NCBI RefSeq assembly: GCF_006345805.1
Contig: NC_043008.1
Span: 58,032,001-58,096,000, forward strand
Length of the DNA: 64,000 nt
Direction: 5' to 3'
DNA from: Octopus sinensis
Taxonomy: Eukaryota
Below, piece after piece: positions 13,916 through 64,000 of this stretch (its first letter is position 1; each line of letters begins with the position of its first letter). A model generated the notes under the pieces. The model was not told the DNA's origin. It did not search any database and saw only the letters and a list, made by a program, of their open reading frames with translations. Both the position numbers and the translations under genes were made by a program.

Positions 13916-15004
13916 ATCATTGTTGGCGAAGGCGGCAGTATCGGCGTTGTTGTCATCATCATCATCATTTTGACATCCACATTTCCATGCTTGCATGGGT
14001 CAGATGGAATTAGTTGATGCAGATTTTCTACAACCAGATGCCCTTCCTGCTGCCAACCTTTGCCTGTTTCCAAGCAATTTAATATTTTCCCTTGGCTGGA
14101 TAGACATGTTCACATGAAAGATTAGAAATGGGCAACACCACTTTTTTGATGGTTGGGCACATTTACAACTATCATGCAATGTCCAGACCAAGAGACACAA
14201 ACACACATACTCATACACACACACACACATGTATACCATCATCATCATTTAATGTCTGTTGTCCATGCTGGCATGGGTTGGACGGTTTGACCAGAGCTGT
14301 CAAGCTGGCAATCTCCACCAGACTCCAGCCTGATTTGGCATGGTTTCTACAGCTGGATGCCCTTCCTAATGTCAACCACTTCACAGTGTGGTGGGTGCTT
14401 TTAAATGCGGTACCGATAGAATAAGTACTAGGCTTACAAAGGATAAGTCCTGGGGTTGATTTGCTCGACTAAAGGCGGTGCTCCAGCTTGGCCGCAGTCA
14501 GATGACTGAAACAAGTAAAAGAGAAAACAGAAACTTCTGGAATGCATCTTGTACTTATGCAAGATGCTATATAGTAGGTCTGAACCTGACACCATGTAGG
14601 TTGGAAGCAAGCTTTTTGATTACACAGCCATGCCTGTACCTCAAAAATACAAAGGTCTCAGTGGTTTTGATGAAATACAGATCCGTATTTCAATATTGTC
14701 CAGAGTCTCATGTTTTATTATTTGGATACCTGAAGTATTGCATCTTTGTGAAATATTGGTATTTTGAAAATTCTCTAAAAATATTTGTAAAGATTTTCTC
14801 TGAAGGAGTTTTTCTAATCAAGTGATATTGGATTAAAATGAAAGATTTATGCTGTTGCTGTTTTAATTTACAATAAATTATGTTTTACAGGCAGTCCTCA
14901 AACTTCATTTGTGCAACTTCTCTGAGCATTGTGGAAGTATGAAAGTTGAACATATGAAAATGAAGGATTATACATACAAATACTATTTCATTTTTATATA
15001 TATG

Positions 15005-15460
15005 TTGACTGGCATCCGTGCTAGTGGAGCGCTAAGAGTACCATACGAGTGAGATCGTTGCCAGAGCAACAAGCTGGCCTCTGTGCCGATGGCACATTAA
15101 AAACACCATTCGAGCGTGATTGTTACCTGCGTCACCTTACTAGCACTTGTGCTGGTGGCATGTGAAAAAACATTCGAGCAAGGTCATTGTTGTTGCCAGT
15201 GCCGCTGGACTGGCTCCTGTGCAGGTGGCACATAAAAAGCACCATTTGAGCATGGCCATTGCCAGTACCACCTGACTGGCTTGTAAAAGCACCCACTACA
15301 CTCTCGGAGTGGTTGGCGTTAGGAAGGGCATCCAGCTGTAGAAACTCTGCCAGATCAAGATTGGAGCCTGGTGCAGCCATCTGGATCGCCAGCCCTCCGT
15401 CAAAATCGTCCAACCCATGCTAGCATGGAAAGTGGACGTTAAACGACGATGATGATGATG
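15005..15460 (+). mobile_element. SINE family C (Deu/Nin-like core ggttggcgttaggaagggcatccagc, tail ggacgttaaacgatgat), representative copy; roughly 11 in the window
   Basis: Other copies at ~1162-1432(-), 11545-11805, 12570-12780, 19352-19530, 44395-44850(-), 57495-58025. Confidence 0.85.
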
Positions 15461-15719
15461 ATATAGATACTAATTCAATTTAACACACACAGAACTTGAA
15501 GAGACAGACGAAAGTCAGGCGCTAATTTTGAGGATTGCCAGTTTAATGAAATATAAAGAAACTGAAATAATTCAGAGGGACAAGATGATGATAAATGAAC
15601 TTTATATATGCATTCAAAAAGCATCCAGCTTTATTTATCCTGACAAAATTAATGCTGTGTGAGCAAAATCCTTTGGGTGAGAAGTGACACCATCCCTTCT
15701 GTGCATGAGGGAAAATTTT

Positions 15720-15924
15720 TGTAACACTGGTTTCTGTTTCAATCTAGAAAACAATATGATGGGGTTTGGAGTAACGTAGTTGGTCATCCATAGATGATGT
15801 CACCACTTGGCTAATTCATGACTGACTGGGAGGTAGTGGCTCAACTTAACCCTGTGCTCAACTTGTCCTGCCTTCGCCTACAGCTTCCAGCTAGTTGATT
15901 GTCGCTATACTGGGGGTAGCTACA
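15720..15924 (+). mobile_element. ~205-bp dispersed repeat with TGTAAC...(G/C)TACA ends, possible solo LTR, copy 1
   Basis: Clear paralogue at 23869-24080; both copies are followed by CA repeats. Confidence 0.45.
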
Positions 15925-15949
15925 ACCAGCTACACGCACATGCACACAC

Positions 15950-15992
<43 letters not shown>

Positions 15993-17180
15993 CACACATG
16001 CATACATTCATAAACACACATGCATACACACATGCGCACAGCCATCCTAGAATTTGAACCTGGAGATTTCCATTTCCAGCGACTTCGAGGGCCACCTCCC
16101 AGTGGTGTCGGGTGTCAACGCAGGGCCCTCGACTACAACAAGACGACCAAAGTTTTTTCTTTTTTCCAAGGTCTGGGTCTCCCACCCCTAAGCCCTAGAC
16201 CATCAACTTATCACCCTTATCTCTCTTGTTGCTTAACAGCAACAACAATATTCACACACATGCATACACACATGTGCATACACATACATGCACACTCACA
16301 TGTACACATACACAGGCACGCACATATATACACACATATACACACACATGCACACCCTCCAATCCCCCATACATACTCACACACACTTAAATTTCTATAT
16401 GTGTTGAATAATCTTTTTTGTTTCAGATATTGATAATATGACAGTTTGATATTAACAGTTTTGCTTTATTATTTTTTTTATTAATGACTTTCTTATTTCA
16501 TTTATAGTTTCATGCCGTTTAGCTCAAAATGGTAAACTTCTTAGGTCATCAGTGCTCCTTGACCTTTCTAATCTTATATTCTTCATGAAGTGGCTGTCAG
16601 TGGCATTTAATATTTTTCTTTTTACTATTAATTCCAAGTGACTTTTAGCCATCAATAACTGTTCTTAGTTTATTACTAAAGTGTTGACTATGTGTTCTAA
16701 TCTTTGGTTTGTATTTGGCTATAGATTAAATCCTCAACCACTGATCTTATTTTTCTTGGAATTCTATACAGAATGGTAGTTTTTCTATTTAACTGTTTTT
16801 TTTGCCTCCTGTTCTATATTGTAATAACAAAGACTTTATTGTACAGAGCGTGGCAAAAACTCCTTGCTCTGATTCCCATCCTTGATAAATGTTTCAACAG
16901 CAAACATACCATATGCATTGACCAAGCTGTGGAAATAATAAGGAAAAGAAAACAGTAAAATGTTAGCTACTTGCAAACGTTATTATCATCTGTGTAGTCT
17001 CACTAGCGCCAAACTAATGGCCATGTAAAATATGGGAGTTTTTTCTGCCACACACTGTGAATGCTTGATGAACAGAAGAGAAAGTTACTTCGGTCTTAAT
17101 ACTGTGGCCATGCTGGGGCACTGCCTTGAAAAATTTTTAGTTGAATGAATTGACCACCAGTAGTTTTTTTTTATTCATGT

Positions 17181-17465
17181 GGAGGCGCAATGGCCCAGTG
17201 GTTATGGCAGCGGACTCGCAGTCAGAGGATTGCGGTTTCGATTCCCAGACCGGGTGTTGTGTGTGTTTATTGAGCAAAAACACCTAAAGCTCCACGAGGC
17301 TCCGGCAGGGGGTGGTGGCGACCCCTGTTGTACTCTTTCACCCCAGCTTTCTCTCACTCTTTCTTCCTGTTTCTTGGGTAATGCTGCAATGGATTGGTGT
17401 CCCGTCCAGCTGGAGGGGACACATATGCCACAGAAACCGGGAAACCAGGCCCATGAGCCTGGCTA
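17181..17465 (+). mobile_element. SINE family D (tRNA-like head ggaggcgcaatggcccagtgg...ggtttcgattccc), representative copy; roughly 8 in the window
   Basis: Other copies at 17787-18046(-), 33446-33745, 26935-27085(-), 24410-24915(-), 53571-54064, 395-715. Confidence 0.85.
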
Positions 17466-18242
17466 AAATAAATAAAAAGTTTTTTAAAAGCCTGGTACTT
17501 ATTCTATTGGTCTCTTTTGCTGAACTGCTAAGTAATGGGGACATAAACACACCAACACTGATTGTCCAACAGTGGTGGGGGACAGTGAAGCACACACACA
17601 CACATTGTCATCATCATCGTTTATCATCCGCTTTCCCTGTTGGACTGTTTGACATAGAGCTGGCTAGCTGGGAGCTGTTCAGACTCCAACTGTCTGTTGT
17701 TGCTTGGTTTCTACAGCAGGATGCCTTTCCTAATGCCAACCACTTAACAGAGTGTATGTGTAAATATATATATATATATATATATACCCAGTTTCTGTGG
17801 CGTATGTATTCACCCCAGCTGGACGGGATACCAGTCCATTGCAGCGTTACTCAAGAAACAGGAAGAGAGAGTGAGAGAAAGTTGTGGCAAAATAGTACAA
17901 CAGGGTCGCCCCCCCCCTGCCGGAGCCCCATGGTGCTTTTTAGGTGTTTTTGGTTAATAAGCACACACAACGCCTGGTCTGGGAATCGAAACCGCGATCC
18001 TCTAACCGCGAGTTCGCTGCCCTAACCACTGGGCCATTGCCCCTCCACACACACATAGTTGAAATTTACAGAAAATGAAAAGACGAAGACAGGTGTATGA
18101 ACAACAAACAGGTGTATTAGTTTGATGCTTGGGAAAGTGAGAAAGTCTTTTATGTTTTGAGCCTACGCTCTTTAACAGAAAGGAAGAAGAGAAAATAAAC
18201 AGAGAGAGTATAAAAAAAAACTTGTGGATTTAGCAGTCAAGC

Positions 18243-18276
<34 letters not shown>

Positions 18277-19197
18277 CAGGCTTCTTTCAGTTTCTGTCTA
18301 CCAAATCCACTCGCAAGGCTTTTCTTGGCCTGCTGCTATAGCAGAAGACACTTGCTCAAGGTGCCATGCAGTGGGACTTAACCCAGAACCATGTGGGTTA
18401 GAAAGCAAGCTTCTTATCACACAGCCATGTCTGCACCCATATTCATGTATCCAACATATTTATGTATCTAATATAACAGCTTAAGTCAGGAACAAAGTTT
18501 ACAACCATCATATTATGTTTATTTTAAAATTCATTTATTACACTACTTAATGGAAGGACATTCTGTCACTTACAGCTTTGTGGTTTTGTTTCAGTGAAGA
18601 CGGTTATAATTTTGAGCGTGCTGTAATACATCCTTTCTGTTTGTTTGTGGTTGCATGTAAATATATGACGTGTTACATTTTATGATGACATATTCATGTG
18701 TTTTATAACTAGAGTGCATTTGGTTAATGCAGTACAATATATGAATGGTTTAGTTTTGTTTTTTACTGTTGTTTTTTTATATTTGTGCATTATAGTTGTA
18801 AGGTGGAATGTCTATATTGTTCTAGGTGCTGGAATGGCTTGTATGGTTAGCTGGAGATGTAAGCTGTGCGGTCAAGAACCTTGCTTGCCAATCATATGGT
18901 CTTAGGCTCTGTTCTACTGCATTCCACCTTGGGCAAATATCTTCTACTATAACCTCGGGCCAAACGAAGCCGTGTGAGTGGATTTGATAGATGGAAACTG
19001 AAAGAAGCTCATCGTATAGATGTATATATATATATATCCTGTCACCTCTTATCATACACAAACTTCTCCACTGGACTTTCTACCTATCTACCCTTTACGG
19101 ATTCTCTTATGGACATTTACACTCCGGCTGCACCTCTTCTACCTATGGATCACTGTGGACTCTACTCTCTCTCTCTCTCTCTCTGTATATATATATA

Positions 19198-19321
<124 letters not shown>

Positions 19322-19558
19322 GTATGTATATATATATATATATATATATATCCACTACACTCTTGGAGTGGTTGGCGTTAGGAAGGGCATCCAGCTGTAG
19401 AAACACTGCTAGATCAGATTGGGGCCTGGTGCAGCCTCCCGGTTTCCCAGACCTCAGTCGAACCGACCAACCCATGCCAGCATGGAAAACGGATGTTAAA
19501 CGATGATGATGATGATGATGATAATGATGATGATATATGTGCATGTGCATGTGTGTGT

Positions 19559-19651
<93 letters not shown>

Positions 19652-20285
19652 TTCCCCACCATTACTTGATAACTAGTGCTGGTTTGTTTATGTGCTCATA
19701 ACTTAGAGGTTCAGCAAAAAGAAACTGATGGAATAAGCACCAGACTTAAAAAAATATAAGCAATTTGTTCAACTAAATCCTTCAAGGTGAAGGCCTTGCA
19801 TGGCTGCAATCTAATGACTAAAACAGGTAAAGATAAAAAATAAAAGAACCCTTTCTATTCACTTGTTTGTGTGTCAGATGATGAATAATATTTGTTTTAG
19901 GTCTTTGGATTTTTTTCCCCTTTTAGTATAGGGGTTTTAATGGATGAGAATTTAATGGTTCTGCTTAAAAGGGATTTTACTACTGAGACATTTTATTTAT
20001 CAGTTTATCAGGACACTCAATCTTTTGCTGCTTTTGATTCATACAAATGGATGCAAACATGGATGTGTGATTAATCCATTGTTCGGAACGGAAGGAAAAG
20101 AAAAAAAATTGTTTTGCAACCAGGTTTTTTTAATCTTCTTATGAAGCACTTTGGGTTGGTAACATCTTCCACAGCTTCAGCTTGGTCAATGTCTTATGAA
20201 AGGAAATTTGGTAGGCGCAAAACCTGTGTTGAAGATTATCCTATGCGCGCGCACACACACACACATGCACACACACACACACATG

Positions 20286-20319
<34 letters not shown>

Positions 20320-21546
20320 TACACACACACACACACATGCACACACACACACACACACACTCACTGAAGTGTGTGTGTTTGTGTGTGTAAATAATACTGG
20401 GTGCAATGGGTAAGTTGTTGCCATTTTATATTTTTAATTCTACACATGCTCATTGTTTATTCTTGATTTTGTCAACTACACAGTATAGTAGGGTCAGTTG
20501 GGCACCATCTGTGAGAGTATTAATTGTTGAACATCAAAAATTATCCAGATAATTATTTTATTAGCAACCTCAATTACAATTAGGTGAAAGATGAGAAAAA
20601 ATTTCTTGAACACAAAGCACTGTCGGCTGAGTATGTTTCAAACTCTCTCAACTTCAACAACAGCAATAACAATTATGCTGATCAACTTTTACTCCTAAAG
20701 GTGATGCAACAGAGCAAAATGACGATGCTATATTTGCAATGTAATGATTTCAAACAAGTGAGGAGAAATTAACAAGCAATCAGGAATTACTCATTTTATC
20801 CCAGTTACTAATTTTGTCCCCCGCCCCCTGCTTCAGAACAAAACAATTTTTAATACACTGTATGTTAATTAAACAACTTAATATTCAAGGTCTGTTTACT
20901 CAATATAAGGTACAGTATATTGCATAATACTGCACAGTATTCCAAGGTTTCTGGTAATTCCAGATTTTTGGAAACCAGATAAGTGGTCCAATATTTGTAT
21001 TTTTTTGTATTTTAATTTTTTTTTCTCATACTCTTTTACTTGTTTCAGTCATTTGACTGCAGCCATGCTGGAGCACTGTCTTTAGTCGACCACATCGACC
21101 ACAGCACTTATTCTTTGTAAGCCTAGTACTTATTCTATTGGTCTTTTTTGCCGAACCGCTAAGTTATGGGGGACATAAACACATTAAGAACTACATTAAG
21201 GGTATGCATGTCTGTGGAGTGCTCAGCCACTTGCACATTAATTTCATGGGCAGGCTGCTCTGTTGTTTGGATCAACTTGAACTCTCGTTGTCATAACCAA
21301 TGGAGTGCCAGACTAGACTAGACTATGGTAAGTACTGTAAGGTCAATATGAATAACACTTCCCCGTGATCTGGTTTTTGGTACCAGGTGGAGCTATTTAA
21401 TTTTATTTCCATATATGGATATAAAAAAAGTGCCAAGCACACCACATGGTGTCATTTTCTCTCTTTAATAATTTGTGTTCAAGACCAGGACCTAATAATG
21501 GCTTGTGGTAATTAAATTTTCACTAATTAGTTTCTTCTGTCATTAG

Positions 21547-21598
21547 GATTCCGTTAAAGAAGAAATTGTTCCTCGGAGATTTTCACTTCCTTGTGAAG
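21547..21598 (+). CDS. Candidate upstream ARRDC exon (DSVKEEIVPRRFSLPCE)
   Basis: Pyrimidine-rich acceptor tttcttctgtcattag and donor AAG|gtaaca. The 52-nt exon ends in phase 1, matching the phase-1 start of exon 25712. The peptide loosely fits the segment preceding the GxHxFPF motif; homology is weak. Confidence 0.4.
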
Positions 21599-21619
21599 GT
21601 AACAGGAAACCAATTCAAT

Positions 21620-21725
21620 GATGACAACAAAAACAACAATAATAATAATGTGAACAGCACCAACATGAAACACATCAGTCAACACCATATCAACAACAAC
21701 AACAACACCAACAGCAACAACAACA

Positions 21726-21756
<31 letters not shown>

Positions 21757-21804
21757 CAACAACAATAATAACAATAACAGCACCACCACCACCACCACAA
21801 CAAT

Positions 21805-21839
<35 letters not shown>

Positions 21840-21958
21840 TAACAATAACAACAACAACAACAATAACACCAATACAACAATAACACCAACAATACAACAA
21901 TAGCAACAACATAAATACTAACACAACAACATCGATACAACAGCACCAATGCAATAGC

Positions 21959-22003
<45 letters not shown>

Positions 22004-22504
22004 TCCAAAACAACAACAATAACAGCATAAGATAAATATGAACATAACAATACCAACACAACAACAACAACAACACAACACGACAGCAACAAGTACAACA
22101 CAACATAAACACTAATAACAACACAGCAACAAAAACACCACCACCACCACCCACCACCACCACCACCAACAACAACAACACATCAACAACAATAACAATA
22201 ACAACAACAACAACAATAACACCAATACAACAATAACACCAACAATACAACAATAGCAACAACATAAATACTAACACAACAACATCGATACAACAGCACC
22301 AATGCAATAGCAATAATAATAATAAAATAATAATAATAATAATAATAATAATAATTCCAAAACAACAACAATAACAGCATAAGATAAATATGAACATAAC
22401 AATACCAACACAACAACAACAACAACACAAACACGACAGCAACAAGTACAACACAACATAAACACTAATAACAACACAGCAACAAAAACACCACCACCAC
22501 CACC

Positions 22505-22536
<32 letters not shown>

Positions 22537-22910
22537 CAACAACAACATCACATTGCCAACAGCACCAATGCAATGCCACCAGCCCTGACACCATCACCAC
22601 CACCACCACCACCACCACCACCACCACCACTACCACCACCACCGCTGCCACCACCACCACCATCACCACCACCACCAAAACCACCACCACCAGCACCACC
22701 ACTACCAACACCACCACCATCACCACCACCACCACTATCAACACCACCAACACCACCACCACCACCACCACCACCACCACCAACATCACATTGCCAGTAG
22801 CACCAATGCAATGCCACCACTACCAACACCAACAACAATAGCAACAACAACAAGAGCATCAATTCAACAATGACATCATCTTCAACAGCAACCAAAAAAC
22901 AACAACAATA
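21620..22910. repeat. Compound (AAC/AAT/ACC)n tract with a 353-bp tandem duplication
   Basis: acatcgatac at 21929 and 22282. Confidence 0.9.
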
Positions 22911-23868
22911 ACAACAAACAAAACAAAAAAGCAAACATGACCCATTTAAGAAACCTCAGTCAACAAACCTATATGCAGTTGTTTGACCTGCTAAAAATAG
23001 CTATGAAATCTCATTCAAACTACAAAATTACTATGTTAAAAAAGGAAGGACAGATCGGGTCATGGTACATTACAGCTGAAAAATAAATCATGCATTTTCT
23101 GACATAAAGATTGAATTTATCAGACCAAAATTTACAGCAAAAAAAAAAAAAATGGTAGGATGCCTTACACTCCAAGAAGATTTTGGAGGAGCAGAAATTC
23201 CATGAGAACAAAGGCGGCGAGCTGGCAGAAATGTTAGCACGCTGGGTGAAATCTTTAGCGGTATTTCGTCTGCTGTTACGTTCTGAGTTCAAATTCTGCC
23301 GAGGTAGACGTTGCCTTTCATCCTTTCGGGGTCGATTAAATAAGTACCAGTTACGCACTGCGGTCGATGTAATTGACTTAATCCATTTGTCTGTCCTTGT
23401 TTGTCCCCTCTGTGTGTAGCTCCTTGTGGGTAGTAAAGAAATAGGTATTTCGTCTGCTGCTACATTCTGAGTTCAAATTCCGCCGAGGTCGACTTTGCCT
23501 TTCATCCTTTCGGGGTCGATTAAATAAGTACCACTTATGTACTGGGGTCGATATAAACGACTTAATCCGTTTGTCTGTCCTTGTTTGTCCCCTCTGTGTG
23601 TAGCCCCTTGTGGGTAGTAAAGAAATAGGTATTTTGAAATAAGAAATCCATGTGAAAAGCAGCAGGATTTGGAAAGATAATGATATTTCAATGATTACGT
23701 TACATTCTACATTGACTTGCATGTTGGAAAATATAAATTAATTAACCAGGCTGGATTGTTCAAGGTTGGAACATCTTTGATCATAATTATGTTCTTTCAG
23801 AGTTGACCTCAGATGAAGCAACCTTTGACCTATAGACATGCTGTCTCCTCTCTGCTTTTTCTACTATT

Positions 23869-24080
23869 TGTAACATTGGTTTCTGATTCAGTCTAGAAAA
23901 CAATATGGCTGGGGTTTGGAGCAATGTAGTTGGTCATCCATAGATGACGTCACCACTCTAGCTGGCTCATTTGTAAATTGACTGACAAGTGGTGGCTCAA
24001 CTTGACCCTACGCTCAACTTGATCTGCCTTCCGCTACTGATTCCAGCTAGTTGATTGTGACCATTCTGGGGGTAGTTACA
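23869..24080 (+). mobile_element. Same repeat, copy 2
   Basis: tgtaacattggtttctgattcagtctagaaaacaatatg...gggtagttaca. Confidence 0.45.
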
Positions 24081-24452
24081 CACGCGCGCACACACACACA
24101 CATGCACACACACACTCACATGCACACACAAATGCATATGCATACAAACATGCATTCATACACACACATGCACGTGCATGCACATACACTTAACATACAC
24201 ACACACACACACAAATTTGTATATATGCTAGAGTGATCCCTGCTCTGGCCACTGGTCAGTTCTTCCTACTTCTTCCTCTCAAGCACTCATGACTCATTCA
24301 TCTCTCTTCCCTTCATCACTCATACTTTGTTCACCCACTCAGCCTTCAGTTCTTGCACTAACTCCTATTAAAGGTAAAGCTGAAGTTACCTTCTCGTATC
24401 ATACCGGCGGCTCATAAGGGCCAGTTTCCTGGTTTCTATGGTATATAAATTT

Positions 24453-24765
24453 CCCACCTGGTCGGGATGCTGTCCCACCTGGTTGGGATGCTGTCCCACC
24501 TGGTCGGGATGCCGTCCTACCTGGCCAGGATGCCATCCCACCTGTTCAGGATGCTGTCCCACCTGGGCGGGTGCCGTCCCACCTGGTTGGGATGCTGTCC
24601 CACCTGGTCGGAATGCCGTCCCACCTGGTCGAGATGCCGTCCCACTTGGTCAGGAGGCCATCCCACCTAGTCGGGATGCCGTCCCACCTGGTCTAGATGC
24701 TGTCCCACCTGGTCAGGAGGCCATCCCACCTGGTCGGGATGCTGTCCCACCTGGTCAGGATGCCG
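24453..24765. repeat. 21-bp minisatellite (cccacctggtcgggatgctgt), ~15 copies, inside a SINE D-type element
   Basis: Direct inspection; period 21 (24453 to 24474); SINE sequence on both sides. Confidence 0.9.
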
Positions 24766-25711
24766 ATCCATTGCAGGATTTCTCATTTTTGCCAGCTGAG
24801 TGGACTGGAGTAATGTGAAATGAAGAGTTTTGCTCAAGAGCGCAACATATTGCCTGGTCCAGGAATTGAAACCGCAATTTTATGATCATGAGTCCAATAT
24901 CCTAATCACTAAGTGGCACATCTCCACTAACTCCTATTCCCAACCATTTTTGCTTGCCCAAGGAACCAGAAGCACTCTTAGAATTCCTTCTCATTCAATG
25001 CTTTTCTTGCATTTGTCAGCACTCTGTGGGTTGATCTCATCCATCTTGGATGCCTTATAAGAGCCAAAATTGCAGCCCTTTTCCTCTAACTTAGCAGTTT
25101 GGCAAAAGAGACCAACAGAATAAGTACTAGATTAAAAAAATAAGTCCTGGGGTTGATTTGTTCAACTAAAACCCTTCTTGGCAGTGCTCCAGTATGGCCA
25201 CAGTCAAAATGACTGAAACAAGTAAAAGAATAAAAGTATGTGTTTGTGTGTGTGTGTATGTGTGTGTGTGTGTATACATGTATGTGTGTCTTTGTATTTG
25301 TGGTGTTTGTCCCCTGTTAATGCTTGACACATGTTGTTGGTTTGTTTACATCTCTGTAACTTAGTGGTTCAGCAAAATAAATCAATAGAATAAGTGCCAA
25401 ATTGAAAAAAAAAAAAAAGAAAAATTATTTATGGAGTTGATTTGTTCAAATAAACCCCTGGAGGCAAGTGCTCCAGCATGGTCACAGTTTATTGACCGAA
25501 ACAAGTAAAAGATAAAACACTCATTTATTTATTTATGTTTTTTTTGATAATCTTCTTTACTTCAGTTCCTTAAATCCTTAAATCCTTAAAAATGTTTTAG
25601 CCTGAAGGCTATGCTGGGGCACCACCGCTGTGGTTCATAGATTTTTCTTGTTTTATTTTCTATTTTTTTTGTCTTTGTTTTAAATATTATTTTAAAATTT
25701 CTCTTTTGCAG

Positions 25712-63215
<37,504 letters not shown>

Positions 63216-63299
63216 TGGAATCCTTTCAGTTGGGGGTTTCTGAATTAATTCCATTCAAATCTTATTCCGAAAAATCAACCATTGAAGAGAAGAGAGTAA

Positions 63300-63305
63300 A
63301 ATAAA
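63300..63305 (+). promoter_or_regulatory. Candidate polyadenylation signal AATAAA
   Basis: First AATAAA, 85 nt after the stop codon. Further AATAAA hexamers occur downstream, so the true site is unknown. Confidence 0.3.
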
Positions 63306-64000
63306 ACTGATTTGTGTTCATTTATTTTTATAATCGAAAGTCATCTGTTCAAACATAACTACTCAAATAATTTCAATAACTCAATGAAAATACATATAAA
63401 TTGATTGAATGTTAAAGATTGAAGAGAATATAACATTTTTTAAAGCATTTTCATTCAGTTTCCATCAAAAATAAACTAATGTATGAAGTAAGAAACAAAA
63501 ACTTCACCAAAAATTATAAGAAAAAAACTATATAACAGTTGTCTATAGGTCACTTCTAAAAATTTGGAATGGTTAATGACCCACACTGGAACATAATGCC
63601 TATAAATGATAGCATGCAACACTGACAAAACAGAAATTGCTTACAAGCTGGCATTTAATAAAGAATTGTCGAAACATATTAAATGAAATTTGATGACAGA
63701 TTTTGCCTATGTCTGGCACACAAATTAGAAATTTCCTCAACATCCATTGTATGAAACAGGAATTGCATGCAGTAAGTACACAAGACTGAAATTGCCTTTA
63801 ACTGGAATAAAATGGAGAAACTGCTACACATGGCGAAGAAAATTACCACGAAAAATTGCTATAAAGCTGAAAAATGGCTATGGAAATTAATGAGAAGACT
63901 GATATATTTAAGGCTGTACTATGAGATTAAAACATTCTTAATAAGGATATTATAACTCTTATACTTCTATTTAATCAGTTAGATTTTCACTTCGACAACT

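Noticed and set aside
13459-14073. Poly-His, poly-Ile, poly-Met and poly-Asp/Gly ORFs
   Set aside because: A trinucleotide tract that is open in most frames on both strands.
17181-17260. tRNA gene
   Set aside because: The A/B-box head runs straight into a SINE body that is present in many copies; no complete cloverleaf acceptor stem was identified.
22573-22800. Poly-proline (formin- or extensin-like) ORF
   Set aside because: An (ACC)n tract within a larger compound microsatellite; no splice or domain support.

Overview
Eukaryotic, AT-rich, repeat-dominated DNA. The SINE families and microsatellite load look like an octopus (coleoid cephalopod) genome; this is inferred from recognition, not from a database search. 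The one gene I can support is a + strand, multi-exon alpha-arrestin (ARRDC family) gene. Five phase-compatible coding exons (25712-25959, 42539-42727, 56203-56379, 58400-58502, 62968-63215) give about 320 C-terminal residues. One further candidate exon lies at 21547-21598, and the N-terminal exons are unresolved. The introns hold four SINE families (many nested with clear TSDs) and relics of hAT, mariner, R4-type, RTE, Penelope-like, LTR and Helitron elements, plus several MITE families. Most ORFs in the supplied track are microsatellite artefacts. The most unusual structures are: a ~45-copy 62-bp satellite grown from the end of a TTAA-flanked piggyBac-type MITE; a ~420-bp inverted duplication that brackets this array and ends just upstream of an exon; tandem duplication of a 3' splice site creating decoy acceptors; and many long foldback hairpins. 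No prokaryote-type system (CRISPR, operon) is present.
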